A stretch of 30,736 bases of DNA from positions 1-30,736 of IMG/VR virus record IMGVR_UViG_3300025647_000175. The stretch is one strand, 5' to 3'. This DNA is from a virus. Its lineage: Duplodnaviria > Caudoviricetes. Position numbers and translations under genes: made by a program. The notes beneath the pieces were generated by a model that saw nothing but the letters and a program-made list of their open reading frames with translations, had not been told where the DNA came from and made no database searches. Shown one piece after another: positions 6,737 through 16,153 of this stretch (positions are counted from its first letter, which is position 1; each line of letters opens with the position of its first letter).

Positions 6737-8349
6737 TGCCGTTGGATGCAGAACAAATCATCAAGCGGTACGAATCTTCCAAGGGCGAACGCGGCACTTG
6801 GGAGTCACATTGGCAAGAGGTCGCCGACCTTGTTCTGCCTTCGCGCCAGTTCACCACCTCCAATCAGACACCTGGCGGCAAGCGTCGCACAAAAATCTAC
6901 GACGCCACAGCACCACGCGACTGTATCAAGTTCGCGTCAGCACTCCACTCACTCCTGACCAACCCCGCGATCAGGTGGTTTGACCTGACTGTGCCGGATG
7001 AGGCTTTGAATCGTGAGCGTGATGTACGCATTTGGCTGGATGACACCACCCGCCGGCTCTTAAACCTGTTCAACGACCCTTCGAGCGGGTTCGGAACTTC
7101 GAGTTTCGAGATTCTTCTCGACCTTGTGGCGTTTGGAACGGGTATCCAGCAGGTTCATAAACGCGATGGCTCGATCCGCTTCACATCCCGCCCGATCAGC
7201 GAAATGTATCTGGTCAGCGATGACGACGGTGAAGTGGTGGCGTCTTTCCGTGGCTACTCTGCCCCCGCGTCGGAAGTGGTTTCGATGTTTGGCAACCGCG
7301 ACCCCGGGCCGAGCGCTAAGGTTCGGGAGTTGGCAGAAGATATCAAGAAGTCAGAGACGCAAGTTGAGATTATCCACTACGTTTTCTACCGCGATGACGC
7401 AGACCCCATGCGACGAGATGGGAAGAACAAGCCCGTCGGCTCGATTTACGTTGAAGTGGGCGAGAAGCATATCATCAGCGAAAGCGGGTTCGATGAGTTC
7501 CCATACCTTACGCCGCGGTGGTCGAGGGATTCGGGCGAGACTTATGGACGAAGCGTGTCCATGTCAGCCCTGTCTGATATCGCCATGCTTAACGCAATGG
7601 CCAAGACCACGATTGAGGCGGCAGAGAAGGCGGTATCACCGCCGTTGACCGTGACGGCCAATGCGATTGAAGGTCCGGTACGCACCGCCCCCAACTCCAT
7701 GATCTATGTGCGGCATAATATGCAGGGCAGGGCGATTACACCGCTTGAACTCGGCGATCCACGCCTTGGCGTTGATTTGCTTGGAATGCAGCGCAGCTTG
7801 ATCCATGAGCATTACTACATGGACCTGATTAACCTGCCCGAACTCGACCGCATGACCGCGACCGAGGTAATGGAGCGGGTGCGGCAGAAGTTGCAGATCA
7901 TGTCGCCGGTGCTATCGAGGCTTTACAGCGAGTGGTTGACGCCGCTTATTTCGCGGGCGTTCCGCTTTTTGAAGGATCAGGGAATGCTATTGGATGCGCC
8001 AGAGGGGATTCAGGGACGAAAATTGGATGTGCAGTACACCTCTCCTCTGGCACTTTCCCAACGCGCAAGTGAATCCACGTCATTCCTGCAACTGATGAAC
8101 TCGGCTACGCCGCTTCTCACGATTGACCCGGCGGCGATGGCAAATATCGACTCGGACGTGGCGATCAGGACGCTGGCGGCACAGTTGAATGTGAATCCGC
8201 TGATGCTCAGGACGGAACGCGAAGTGAAGTCCATGCGTCAGCAGCAGGATGAAATGTTAGAGGCGGCACAACAGGCTAAAATTGCCAAGACCGGATCAGA
8301 GGCGGCACGCAACGCCGCCGCCGGATTAAGGGATGTGAGAGGTGGATAA
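6736..8349 (+). CDS. portal / head-to-tail connector
   Basis: WESHWQEVADLVLP, KIYDATA, DLVAFGTG, PRWSRDSGETYGRS and MTATEVMER motifs of the T7 gp8/BPP-1-type connector; TGATG coupling. Confidence 0.93.
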   Translation: MPLDAEQIIKRYESSKGERGTWESHWQEVADLVLPSRQFTTSNQTPGGKRRTKIYDATAPRDCIKFASALHSLLTNPAIRWFDLTVPDEALNRERDVRIWLDDTTRRLLNLFNDPSSGFGTSSFEILLDLVAFGTGIQQVHKRDGSIRFTSRPISEMYLVSDDDGEVVASFRGYSAPASEVVSMFGNRDPGPSAKVRELAEDIKKSETQVEIIHYVFYRDDADPMRRDGKNKPVGSIYVEVGEKHIISESGFDEFPYLTPRWSRDSGETYGRSVSMSALSDIAMLNAMAKTTIEAAEKAVSPPLTVTANAIEGPVRTAPNSMIYVRHNMQGRAITPLELGDPRLGVDLLGMQRSLIHEHYYMDLINLPELDRMTATEVMERVRQKLQIMSPVLSRLYSEWLTPLISRAFRFLKDQGMLLDAPEGIQGRKLDVQYTSPLALSQRASESTSFLQLMNSATPLLTIDPAAMANIDSDVAIRTLAAQLNVNPLMLRTEREVKSMRQQQDEMLEAAQQAKIAKTGSEAARNAAAGLRDVRGG

Positions 8350-8626
8350 GACCAACGATCATATCGAAGCTGACAAGAGACTGCGTAGCGACTACGCCGA
8401 GGTTTTCAGCGGTGATGCCGGTACACGGGTCTTGAATGACCTGATGAGGCGATGCTGCATGTTCGAGCCGACGCTCGACGTGAATCCAAGCGCGATGGCA
8501 TTTAATGATGGCCGAAGATCGGTCCTCATGGGTATCATTGAGATGACCAACGAGGATGTGAGCGTCGCATGGTTGCAGAGGCACAGGTCAAACCTACAAC
8601 AGCAAGATAATCAGCAAGGGATATAA
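8342..8626 (+). CDS. Bbp19-like phage protein
   Basis: YxxVFSGDAGTRVLNDL...AFNDGRRSV pattern; canonical position right after the portal. Confidence 0.7.
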   Translation: MDKTNDHIEADKRLRSDYAEVFSGDAGTRVLNDLMRRCCMFEPTLDVNPSAMAFNDGRRSVLMGIIEMTNEDVSVAWLQRHRSNLQQQDNQQGI

Positions 8627-8628
8627 CG

Positions 8629-9159
8629 ATGGCACTTGGAACAACGGTTGACATTCAGGATTACATGGACTCCACAGCCTCCCGCGCCACGGTCTACCCC
8701 GCAGGTATTCGAGGTCAGTGGGTTGATGTGATTGACGCCGCAGGCATGGACGATGCGGACAACTCTGGAAACAATATCACCAACCCCACCACGCAGATCA
8801 CCGCGTCTACGCGAAAGCTGGTGCAGGCGTCGGACGAAGGCACTTTGATTCGCGTTCGGATGCAGTACGATGACGGCCTGACCTCGATTACCGATGCGGT
8901 GATTCAGGTGTTTGGCCGCCACAACTCTGACGAAATGTGGATGCCCCTTCACACGAAGGAAACCACACCCGCGTTAACAGCAACGATGACCACCGCATCC
9001 ACCGACCTGACTGACGGTACGGACAAGTTCACCGCACCCGACCCGAAGGTTCACACCTTCGATACTGACGGTTGCAGCGAGTTTATTTTCGGCGTTAAGA
9101 CGGCCCTTGCGGGTACGGGTGACGCCACCACCGCCAAACTCCAAGCGAAGTTTATCTGA
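8629..9159 (+). CDS. hypothetical Thr/Asp-rich protein, possibly virion-associated
   Basis: Tightly packed ORF with AAGGGA RBS; no family recognised. Confidence 0.6.
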   Translation: MALGTTVDIQDYMDSTASRATVYPAGIRGQWVDVIDAAGMDDADNSGNNITNPTTQITASTRKLVQASDEGTLIRVRMQYDDGLTSITDAVIQVFGRHNSDEMWMPLHTKETTPALTATMTTASTDLTDGTDKFTAPDPKVHTFDTDGCSEFIFGVKTALAGTGDATTAKLQAKFI

Positions 9160-9161
9160 GC

Positions 9162-10235
9162 ATGACCACGATTGAATCTTACAACTTGAGCGATGCGTCG
9201 CGTGTGAGGGGTCACACGAGGACAATTTCGCTTCGTAAGAAAGTCGCCTTTGCGTGCGTGGCGGTTGTGCTGTCTCTGTTTGTTTTACTGATTACTGGTG
9301 AGGTAACGGCGCGGCTGATGCGTGGGCGGTTGTTTTCAACGCAACACGTCATGTCGGCAACGCTGCTGTCCGTTGAGGGTGCAGGTTGCCCAACACGCTA
9401 CGACAGCCTGACTGGATGGGTCAACAGTCCCGGCTCGTCGAAATATGACGACAGGTTCGGTGTCACCTACAACATCGACGGCCAGGGGTTTCGATCCAAT
9501 GGACAGCCACGACCGAACGGCCCGGCGATCCTTTGCGTGGGCGATTCGTTCACGTTCGGCGATGAGGTTGCCGACGCAGACACATTTTCAGCCTCGCTGG
9601 AGCGGGAACTTTCGCTGCCTGTCTATAACGCGGGCGTGGTTAATTTCGGCTTCGACCAGATTGTCTTGGAAGCCGAACGCAGGGTTGAGCAACTACAACC
9701 GGACATACTCGTCGTTGCGATTATCTCCGCCGACGTGCTGCGTTGCCAATACTCATCGTTCCAAGGTTGCAAGCCGTGGTTTTCGGTCAAAGACGGCATC
9801 CTGAAACATGAGTACAACCCCGTTCCGAGCATAGGCCAGTCGGGTTTTGTGTCCAAGGTTTTTGGGTACAGCCACTTGATCGTGTATCTGTCAGAGTTCA
9901 CGCCTTCGCTTCGGAGGCGTGTCTACGGGGAGCATCGCACTAAGGTCGAACATGACGACGAGCGGGTGGCGTTTAACGTTGGCCGCTTGCTAGTTCATCG
10001 GCTATCTCACTTGCGGAGTAAGACCAGCATCCTTGTCGTGGCATTGCCACGAAGGGGCGAGCGAGTCGGTGCGCGACTGGTTTTGGATGAATCAGATCGG
10101 TGTTCTCTTGAATCGGTGGACCTGCTGGATTCCGTAGCGCTGTATGGGATTGAATCTCATCCCACCGCCGGTCAGCATGGTTTTATTGCTTCGGAATTAT
10201 TAAAGGCATCAGTTTTTCAATCGCTTATAGATTGA
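9162..10235 (+). CDS. membrane-anchored SGNH/GDSL hydrolase-family protein
   Basis: N-terminal hydrophobic helix; block I ILCVGDSFTFG, block II VYNAGV..FGFDQ, C-terminal HPTAGQH. Confidence 0.8.
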   Translation: MTTIESYNLSDASRVRGHTRTISLRKKVAFACVAVVLSLFVLLITGEVTARLMRGRLFSTQHVMSATLLSVEGAGCPTRYDSLTGWVNSPGSSKYDDRFGVTYNIDGQGFRSNGQPRPNGPAILCVGDSFTFGDEVADADTFSASLERELSLPVYNAGVVNFGFDQIVLEAERRVEQLQPDILVVAIISADVLRCQYSSFQGCKPWFSVKDGILKHEYNPVPSIGQSGFVSKVFGYSHLIVYLSEFTPSLRRRVYGEHRTKVEHDDERVAFNVGRLLVHRLSHLRSKTSILVVALPRRGERVGARLVLDESDRCSLESVDLLDSVALYGIESHPTAGQHGFIASELLKASVFQSLID

Positions 10236-10264
10236 TGCTGTTTTATTAGGCTGGAGGGCTGGTC

Positions 10265-11026
10265 ATGACAACAGTTTCAGGCGTTTCAGCCAACAATGCG
10301 GGGCAGGACGGCTTTGATATATCATCGATCGTCCCAACTTCTCTCAGGAACTTCTCATTTGCTGGTTGGTTTTATCCAGGCTCTAGCGCCGTCTTCCTCA
10401 ATATGGCTAAGGTTTCGGGGGCGACTGACCTAATCCTTGAAAGTAAATCGGGCCACTACCGATTCTGGATTAGCTACTCCGAGGCCCACGATCACACCGG
10501 CGGAGCGCTATCAGCATCGGCGTGGGCCTTTGTGGGCGTCACCGTTGACGGAGCGGGAAACCTCAAGATGTGGCGAGGAGCCGACATGGAGTCGTTCAGC
10601 CTCACCGCAGACCTCGATAGCATTACAGAAGTCCGAGTAGGCGCGACCACCTACGACAACAACCCAGCCAGCTACGTCGGCCCTTTTGCATTTTGGAACT
10701 CCGAAGTTTCAGAAGCAAACATGGACGCGATGGCGGCGGGGGCGAACATCGGTGGCTACTCCCCCACACAATACTTTGACGATCTCTCCGGTGCAGGCCC
10801 ACACGCGGCGGCAATTGGAAGCGGAACCGCAACAGAGGTCGGCACTATCGGAGATGCGCCGAGTGATCCGCCAATGGATGAGGCAACCCCCGCCTCCGAA
10901 GCCACCCCATCCCCCCTGCCCTTCGGCTTCACCGTTCCCGCCCCCTACTCCACCCACATTGTAAAAACCACAGCCGGCGGCAGCAGCGACCCGCTCCGCG
11001 CTGTCGGTATGCGACGCACCATCTGA
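10265..11026 (+). CDS. LamG/concanavalin-like domain protein, probably virion-associated
   Basis: FSFAGWFY...WAFVGVTVD...FAFWNSEVS beta-sandwich pattern; GGAGGG RBS. Confidence 0.55.
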   Translation: MTTVSGVSANNAGQDGFDISSIVPTSLRNFSFAGWFYPGSSAVFLNMAKVSGATDLILESKSGHYRFWISYSEAHDHTGGALSASAWAFVGVTVDGAGNLKMWRGADMESFSLTADLDSITEVRVGATTYDNNPASYVGPFAFWNSEVSEANMDAMAAGANIGGYSPTQYFDDLSGAGPHAAAIGSGTATEVGTIGDAPSDPPMDEATPASEATPSPLPFGFTVPAPYSTHIVKTTAGGSSDPLRAVGMRRTI

Positions 11027-11041
11027 ATCAAGGAACTTATC

Positions 11042-11473
11042 ATGGCAGACAGCTTTTTCTACAAATCTCTCAGCAACGTGAACTTCTCGAACTGGGCCTC
11101 ACTCGACGTGAGGGCTGCGCTGCTGATGACCAACACCACCGGCGATACGGACGTGGACGCAGAGTTCATCGACGATATCACCACGCTCGACGAGTTCGAC
11201 GGCAGCGGCTACTCCCGTCAAGCACTCGATTCCGAAGCGTTGAATGTCGATGCCGCGAACAACCGTGTCGAACTCGATGCGGCTGATGAGGTGTTCTCCA
11301 CACTCGGCAACGGCACACGCCAGATCGCGGGGATTCTGCTCTATATTCACGTCACCGACGACACCGACAGTCCGGTTGTCGCATGGATTGACTCCGGCGG
11401 CTTCCCCCTCGACCCTGACGGTGGCGACCTCACGATCACGTGGAACGCCGAAGGTATTTTGCAAGGCTCGTAA
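11042..11473 (+). CDS. conserved phage structural protein (minor tail/fibre-associated type)
   Basis: VRAALL...DEFDGSGYSRQAL...LDAADEVF...GGDLTITWNAEGIL resembles a widespread ~140-aa virion protein family; AAGGAA RBS. Confidence 0.6.
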   Translation: MADSFFYKSLSNVNFSNWASLDVRAALLMTNTTGDTDVDAEFIDDITTLDEFDGSGYSRQALDSEALNVDAANNRVELDAADEVFSTLGNGTRQIAGILLYIHVTDDTDSPVVAWIDSGGFPLDPDGGDLTITWNAEGILQGS

Positions 11474-11491
11474 GCCGAAAGGCGGCGGGCA

Positions 11492-12970
11492 ATGCCTGAT
11501 ACAGGGTGGCTTTCGTTTGCTACATTTACATCGCAGTTGTCTGGGTTGGCGTGGAGCAACCCATCTTACGCGCAAAGTGATGATGGGAATTATTCGAGCG
11601 CGGGTACTCTTACGACGATCGGACAAGGGACACAACGGCTTTACGGTCGCAATGTTGGTTCGCCATCTATACCATCAAACGCGGTGGTTGTTGGTATTGA
11701 GGTTCGGATCGAAAGATATGCCTCTGCCGCAAACTTGTTATACCACAGGGTTCAGGTGATGGATGGGGGTGGAACGCCGCAAGGCGACTTGAAAACCATA
11801 AATGATACGTGGTCAACATCCGTAGAAACCAAGATATTTGGAAGTAGTACGGATGACTGGAATGCCGGGTTTGACGGAAGTGATGTGCTAGGGTCGCTTT
11901 TTGGTATTAGAACCTATGTAACAAATCCGCTAACCCAAAACACAGACGTGTATATTGATTACGCGGAAATCAAGGTTTATTACGAGTATTTCTCTCCAGA
12001 GCCGTCAACTGTCGCCTTTGCCTTCACGCCAGTCAGCCCGGCAATATCTGTGGACAAAGCAGTATCGCCAAATGGGATTTCATTCTCCATATCCCCACAA
12101 TCGCCGTCGATTACCGTTGGAACCACCGTCACGCCAGCCGCCATTTCGTTCGGGTTCTCTCCAACCACGCCAACAGTCGAGATTGATTATTCAATAACCC
12201 CGACAGCGACACCGTTTGGATTTTCTCTTGCGGCCCCAACCGCCACAGTAGATAAATCTGTTTCAACCGACCCTGTTACATTCGGCTTCGCCATCGCATC
12301 GCCAACCGCCACGCCGCACAAGACTGTAACGCCGTCGCCCGCGGCGTTTGCTTTCACGGTGAACACGCCGGGAGTAACCTCTGGCGGGAACGTGGCACCA
12401 AGCCCAACAACCTTTTCAATTTCTGTCGCTTCGCCAGGGGTTTCGGTGGATAAGGGTGTTTCCCCATCCCCCCTCGCCCTTGGCATTTCAATTCCGACAC
12501 CATCTGTCAGTGTGGGTAAATCGCCCGATCCATCCACGCTACCATTCACCATGACGCCGGTTGCCCCCGGTATTTCAGTGGATAAAACCGTTTCCCCACT
12601 CCCCGTAGGCTTCGCCTTCACAGTGATGAATCCGGCGATTACTATCGGCCCCACCGTCGATGCCGGACGCCACATCGACACCATAATCGACCTCGACTAC
12701 ACAATGAGGCCAACGGTTCTTGAGGGCGGGTCGGCGATCACGACATACTTGTGGGAAGTGGTGAGTGAGCCGATGGGCGCGACCGTGACATTCAGCGCCA
12801 CCAGTGTAGAAGCACCAACCGTCAGCTTTGATACCGTAGGCGATTACACCCTCCGCCTCACCGTGACGGATGCGAACGGGAATGACGGCGACGACACTGT
12901 GACAGCGACGGTTTATCTGTCCCTCGGCGGTGATCCGCTATACCGTTCACTACCAAGGAAGTTTGTATGA
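11492..12970 (+). CDS. fibre-like protein: N-terminal beta domain, ten 22-aa repeats, C-terminal PKD/Ig-like domain
   Basis: Repeats such as TPTATPFGFSLAAPTATVDKSV; C-terminal PTVDAG...YLWEVVS...GDYTLRLTVTDANG is a PKD-like signature. Confidence 0.7.
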   Translation: MPDTGWLSFATFTSQLSGLAWSNPSYAQSDDGNYSSAGTLTTIGQGTQRLYGRNVGSPSIPSNAVVVGIEVRIERYASAANLLYHRVQVMDGGGTPQGDLKTINDTWSTSVETKIFGSSTDDWNAGFDGSDVLGSLFGIRTYVTNPLTQNTDVYIDYAEIKVYYEYFSPEPSTVAFAFTPVSPAISVDKAVSPNGISFSISPQSPSITVGTTVTPAAISFGFSPTTPTVEIDYSITPTATPFGFSLAAPTATVDKSVSTDPVTFGFAIASPTATPHKTVTPSPAAFAFTVNTPGVTSGGNVAPSPTTFSISVASPGVSVDKGVSPSPLALGISIPTPSVSVGKSPDPSTLPFTMTPVAPGISVDKTVSPLPVGFAFTVMNPAITIGPTVDAGRHIDTIIDLDYTMRPTVLEGGSAITTYLWEVVSEPMGATVTFSATSVEAPTVSFDTVGDYTLRLTVTDANGNDGDDTVTATVYLSLGGDPLYRSLPRKFV

Positions 12971-13575
12971 TCTGCATACTATCCAGCGGTCGATCTGGAA
13001 CCACCTACACCTCGAACCTACTCAACGCGCTCGGTGTTGACGTGGGGCATGAGAAGGTGGGAGAGCGGGGGATGATCGGGTGCAATTGGTACGAGTTCCT
13101 TGACAGACCGAAGTATCGTGGGAAGTTCACGCGCAGGCTACACCAGGTCCGCGAACCCATTGCCTGCATCCGTTCCATGCTCACCCTGAAAAACGGGATT
13201 TTCAGTCGAATCGAATCGGTGGTGGGCGCTCCGAAGCTGCACCCGAACGAAGAACTCCGCAAGGTCCATCGTGCCGCATCCGTCTACATGAGGTTTAACC
13301 ACCTGATGGCGAGCAAAGCGTCGTGGACCTACCGCGTCGAGGACTTGAAGTTCGGGAGTGCGGTGTATGACAACCTGTGCAACATATTCGATGTTCCACG
13401 TGGAACACGCCCCCGCATCCTCAGGTTGCCCCTGAATATCAACACAAGGCCCAAGGCAGGCGTGCCGGAGGTTTCGTGGGAAATACTCAAGAAGATTGAC
13501 GAAAGCCTGTCAGATGGCATAATGAGCATGGCAGAGAGTTACGGATACACCTACGCAAAACAGGAAATCACATAA
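12967..13575 (+). CDS. sulfotransferase-family protein
   Basis: N-terminal PAPS-binding loop SSGRSGTTY, HE motif, LHQVREP (3'-phosphate-binding region), YRVEDL; ATGA and TAATG coupling on both sides. Confidence 0.7.
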   Translation: MICILSSGRSGTTYTSNLLNALGVDVGHEKVGERGMIGCNWYEFLDRPKYRGKFTRRLHQVREPIACIRSMLTLKNGIFSRIESVVGAPKLHPNEELRKVHRAASVYMRFNHLMASKASWTYRVEDLKFGSAVYDNLCNIFDVPRGTRPRILRLPLNINTRPKAGVPEVSWEILKKIDESLSDGIMSMAESYGYTYAKQEIT

Positions 13576-14420
13576 TGAGCGAAGAATCAACGACCGCAGA
13601 AGCAACCGAAACCAGCGAATCCACGGAATCTACGGTTTCAACTACGGAAACCACCGACTGGCGCGACTCACTTCCCGATGACCTGAAAGCCGATCCGTCC
13701 TTGGCCTCGATCAAGGATGTGCAGGGGCTTGCAAAGGGCTATGTTCACGCGCAAAAACTCGTCGGTGCCGACAAGGTTGTGATCCCCGGTCGTGACGCGC
13801 CGCAAGAGGAAATCGACGCCTTCTACGCCAAACTCGGTCGCCCCGAATCAGCCGACAAATACGAGTGGCCAACCGAAAACCTACCGGAAGGTGTGGAAAT
13901 TGCCGACGCGGACAAGGGTAAGATCGGCGAAATCGCACACGACCTCGGCCTCAGCAAGACGCAGGCGGCGAAACTCTACCGCGCCTACGCGCAGCAGATC
14001 GCGGACGGTCAAGCATCAATCTCGTCCACGATTGAGCAGCAGCGGACAGAAGCCGAGCAATCCCTTCGTAAAGAATGGGGTAAGGCGTTCGACCAGAATA
14101 TCGCCCTTGCTCAATCAGCGGTGAAGGAGTTTGGCGGCGATGAGCTTTTACAGGCTCTTGATGGCGCGGGCCTCTCCAATCACCCTGCCGTCGTGAAGGC
14201 AATGGCGAAGATCGGTCGCGCAATCTCCGAAGATGAGGTTATCGGGGGCGGCAAAAAGCAGAGTTTCGACAAGTCGCCGGCGGAGGCGCAGGCGGAATTG
14301 GCCAATCTCGGCATGGATGCGGAGTTCACAAAGGCGCTCACCCAAGACAACCACCCCGGCCATGCAGCAGCCGTGAAACGACGCCAAGCACTCTACGAGC
14401 AGGCTTATCCTGAAAACTAG
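13575..14420 (+). CDS. capsid scaffolding protein
   Basis: WRDSLPDDL...LAKGYVHAQKLVG...LGRPESADKY...LRKEWG...NHPAVVKAM; acidic, helical, directly upstream of the capsid gene. Confidence 0.8.
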   Translation: MSEESTTAEATETSESTESTVSTTETTDWRDSLPDDLKADPSLASIKDVQGLAKGYVHAQKLVGADKVVIPGRDAPQEEIDAFYAKLGRPESADKYEWPTENLPEGVEIADADKGKIGEIAHDLGLSKTQAAKLYRAYAQQIADGQASISSTIEQQRTEAEQSLRKEWGKAFDQNIALAQSAVKEFGGDELLQALDGAGLSNHPAVVKAMAKIGRAISEDEVIGGGKKQSFDKSPAEAQAELANLGMDAEFTKALTQDNHPGHAAAVKRRQALYEQAYPEN

Positions 14421-14423
14421 CGC

Positions 14424-14453
14424 TTGACTTTGAGATTTAGTGTCAGTTATAGT
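14424..14453 (+). promoter_or_regulatory. sigma70-like promoter for capsid operon
   Basis: TTGACT(14424-14429)-N18-TATAGT(14448-14453) right after the scaffold stop. Confidence 0.6.
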
Positions 14454-14604
14454 GGTGGCGGCGGATAACCTTCGGGCCTGCCTGACCACGCGAAAGGGCG
14501 TCACCGACCGGGTGTAAAACGACAGGAAGTGTCCACATCGTTTGTGTGGGTAGCCCTTCCGAAGCATACGGAATCCCCCGTTGTTTCGTGAAAGGAAACT
14601 CACA

Positions 14605-15498
14605 GTGTCTTTTGAAATTACCACAGCCTTCGTCGAGCAGTTCAAATCTGCCGTTGACCTCAAACTCCAAGCTGGCGGTTCCAAAATCCGCCCCTACGTG
14701 ATGGAAGAATCCGTCACCGGCGATACCGCATGGTTTGAACAGATCGGTGCTACCGAAGTTCAAGACGTTGCGAGCCGTCACGGCGACTCCCCCCTCGTCA
14801 GTACGCCGCATGACCGCAGGAAATGCGTGTTGCAGGACAAGGAGTGGGGCGACATGATCGACAAACTCGACCGTGTTCGCACCCTCATCGACCCGACCAA
14901 CCCCTACGTCACCAACGCACGCATGGCTTTCGGTCGGTCACTCGACAGCATCATCCTCACCGCCATGAATGGCACGGCCTACTCCGGCCACACCGGGGCA
15001 ACGGCCAACACCCTCGCCACGGCCAACAAGGTTGCCATCAACTACGTTGAAACCGGCTCGGCTGCGAACAGCGGCCTCACGGTCGGCAAACTTCGTCGCG
15101 CCAAGGCGATCATGGACGATGATGAAGTGCCGGAAGATGACGGCAACCGCCACATCGCGGTCACCGCAACCCAACTCCACGATCTGTTGCAAGACCCCGA
15201 AGTCACAAGCTCGGACTACAACACGGTCAAAGCCTTGGTCAATGGTGAAATCAACCAATACCTCGGCTTCAACTTCCACCGGATTTCGTCCGGCATCCTG
15301 CCCGCATCAAGCACGACCCGTCAATGCCTCGCATGGCATCGTAACGGCGTGAAGTTGGGCGTCGGCATGGATGTTACCGCCCGCGTCGCGGAACGCGCCG
15401 ACAAGCGCTTTTCGTGGTACGCCTACCTCTGCATGTCGTTCGGCGCTGTCCGACTGCAAGAGGAATACGTCGTCCAAATCAGTTGCGATGAGTCGTAA
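14605..15498 (+). CDS. major capsid protein
   Basis: GTG 14605 with AAAGGA RBS; ITTAFVEQF...SRHGDSP...TPHDRR...TSSDYNTVKALVNGEINQYLGFNF...GAVRLQEEYVV typical of BPP-1-like capsids. Confidence 0.9.
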   Translation: MSFEITTAFVEQFKSAVDLKLQAGGSKIRPYVMEESVTGDTAWFEQIGATEVQDVASRHGDSPLVSTPHDRRKCVLQDKEWGDMIDKLDRVRTLIDPTNPYVTNARMAFGRSLDSIILTAMNGTAYSGHTGATANTLATANKVAINYVETGSAANSGLTVGKLRRAKAIMDDDEVPEDDGNRHIAVTATQLHDLLQDPEVTSSDYNTVKALVNGEINQYLGFNFHRISSGILPASSTTRQCLAWHRNGVKLGVGMDVTARVAERADKRFSWYAYLCMSFGAVRLQEEYVVQISCDES

Positions 15499-15566
15499 GA
15501 CCCGTTCGACTGAACCCCGCTTACTCGTATGAGGCACATTAACCCCGTTCAGAAAGGCAATCCCCA

Positions 15567-16082
15567 ATGGGAACCACTTACTCAGACACAGTGACCAACT
15601 TGGTCGCCAACCCGCCCGTACCGAACTCTGTTTCCGTCCAAGGCGGGCGCGTCCGAACGGTCAAAAGCACCATCGCGCTCGGCACAGGCGACATTGACGA
15701 TGACGATATCATCGTGATGGCTCGTGTCCCGTCGAACGCCGTCATCCAGAGCATCAGGCTCTTTAACGACGACCTCGACGCACACACCACGCCGACGTTG
15801 GTCGCCGACGTGGGCCTCTATAAGCCCGATGGTACGGTCGCAGACCGCGATTGCTATGCGTCGCTCATCACCACGTTGCAGTCGGCCAACACCGCCGGCG
15901 TCGAACTCATGTTCGAGGCTCGCAACATCAACGAAGTCGCTAACAAGGTGTGGCAAGACGGCGACGCCGTTCTCACCACCGATCCGGGCGGCTTGCTCGA
16001 CATCGCAATCACGATCGAGACTGTCGCTGCAACCGCGGCAGCAGGCGATGTGACCATGATCGTTGAATACACGGTCGATTGA
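15567..16082 (+). CDS. capsid decoration/cement-like protein
   Basis: Follows the capsid gene; beta-rich 171 aa; synteny with the BPP-1 cement protein gene. Confidence 0.55.
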   Translation: MGTTYSDTVTNLVANPPVPNSVSVQGGRVRTVKSTIALGTGDIDDDDIIVMARVPSNAVIQSIRLFNDDLDAHTTPTLVADVGLYKPDGTVADRDCYASLITTLQSANTAGVELMFEARNINEVANKVWQDGDAVLTTDPGGLLDIAITIETVAATAAAGDVTMIVEYTVD

Positions 16083-16115
16083 TCCAGCGGGTCGAAAGAT
16101 TCCTGTTTTCTGCTC

Positions 16116-16153
16116 GACCCCCGGCCTGTTAAATGGTCGGGGGTCTTTTTTTT
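16116..16153 (+). terminator. intrinsic terminator after head genes
   Basis: Stem GACCCCCGGCC(16116-16126)/GGTCGGGGGTC(16135-16145) followed by T8. Confidence 0.88.
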
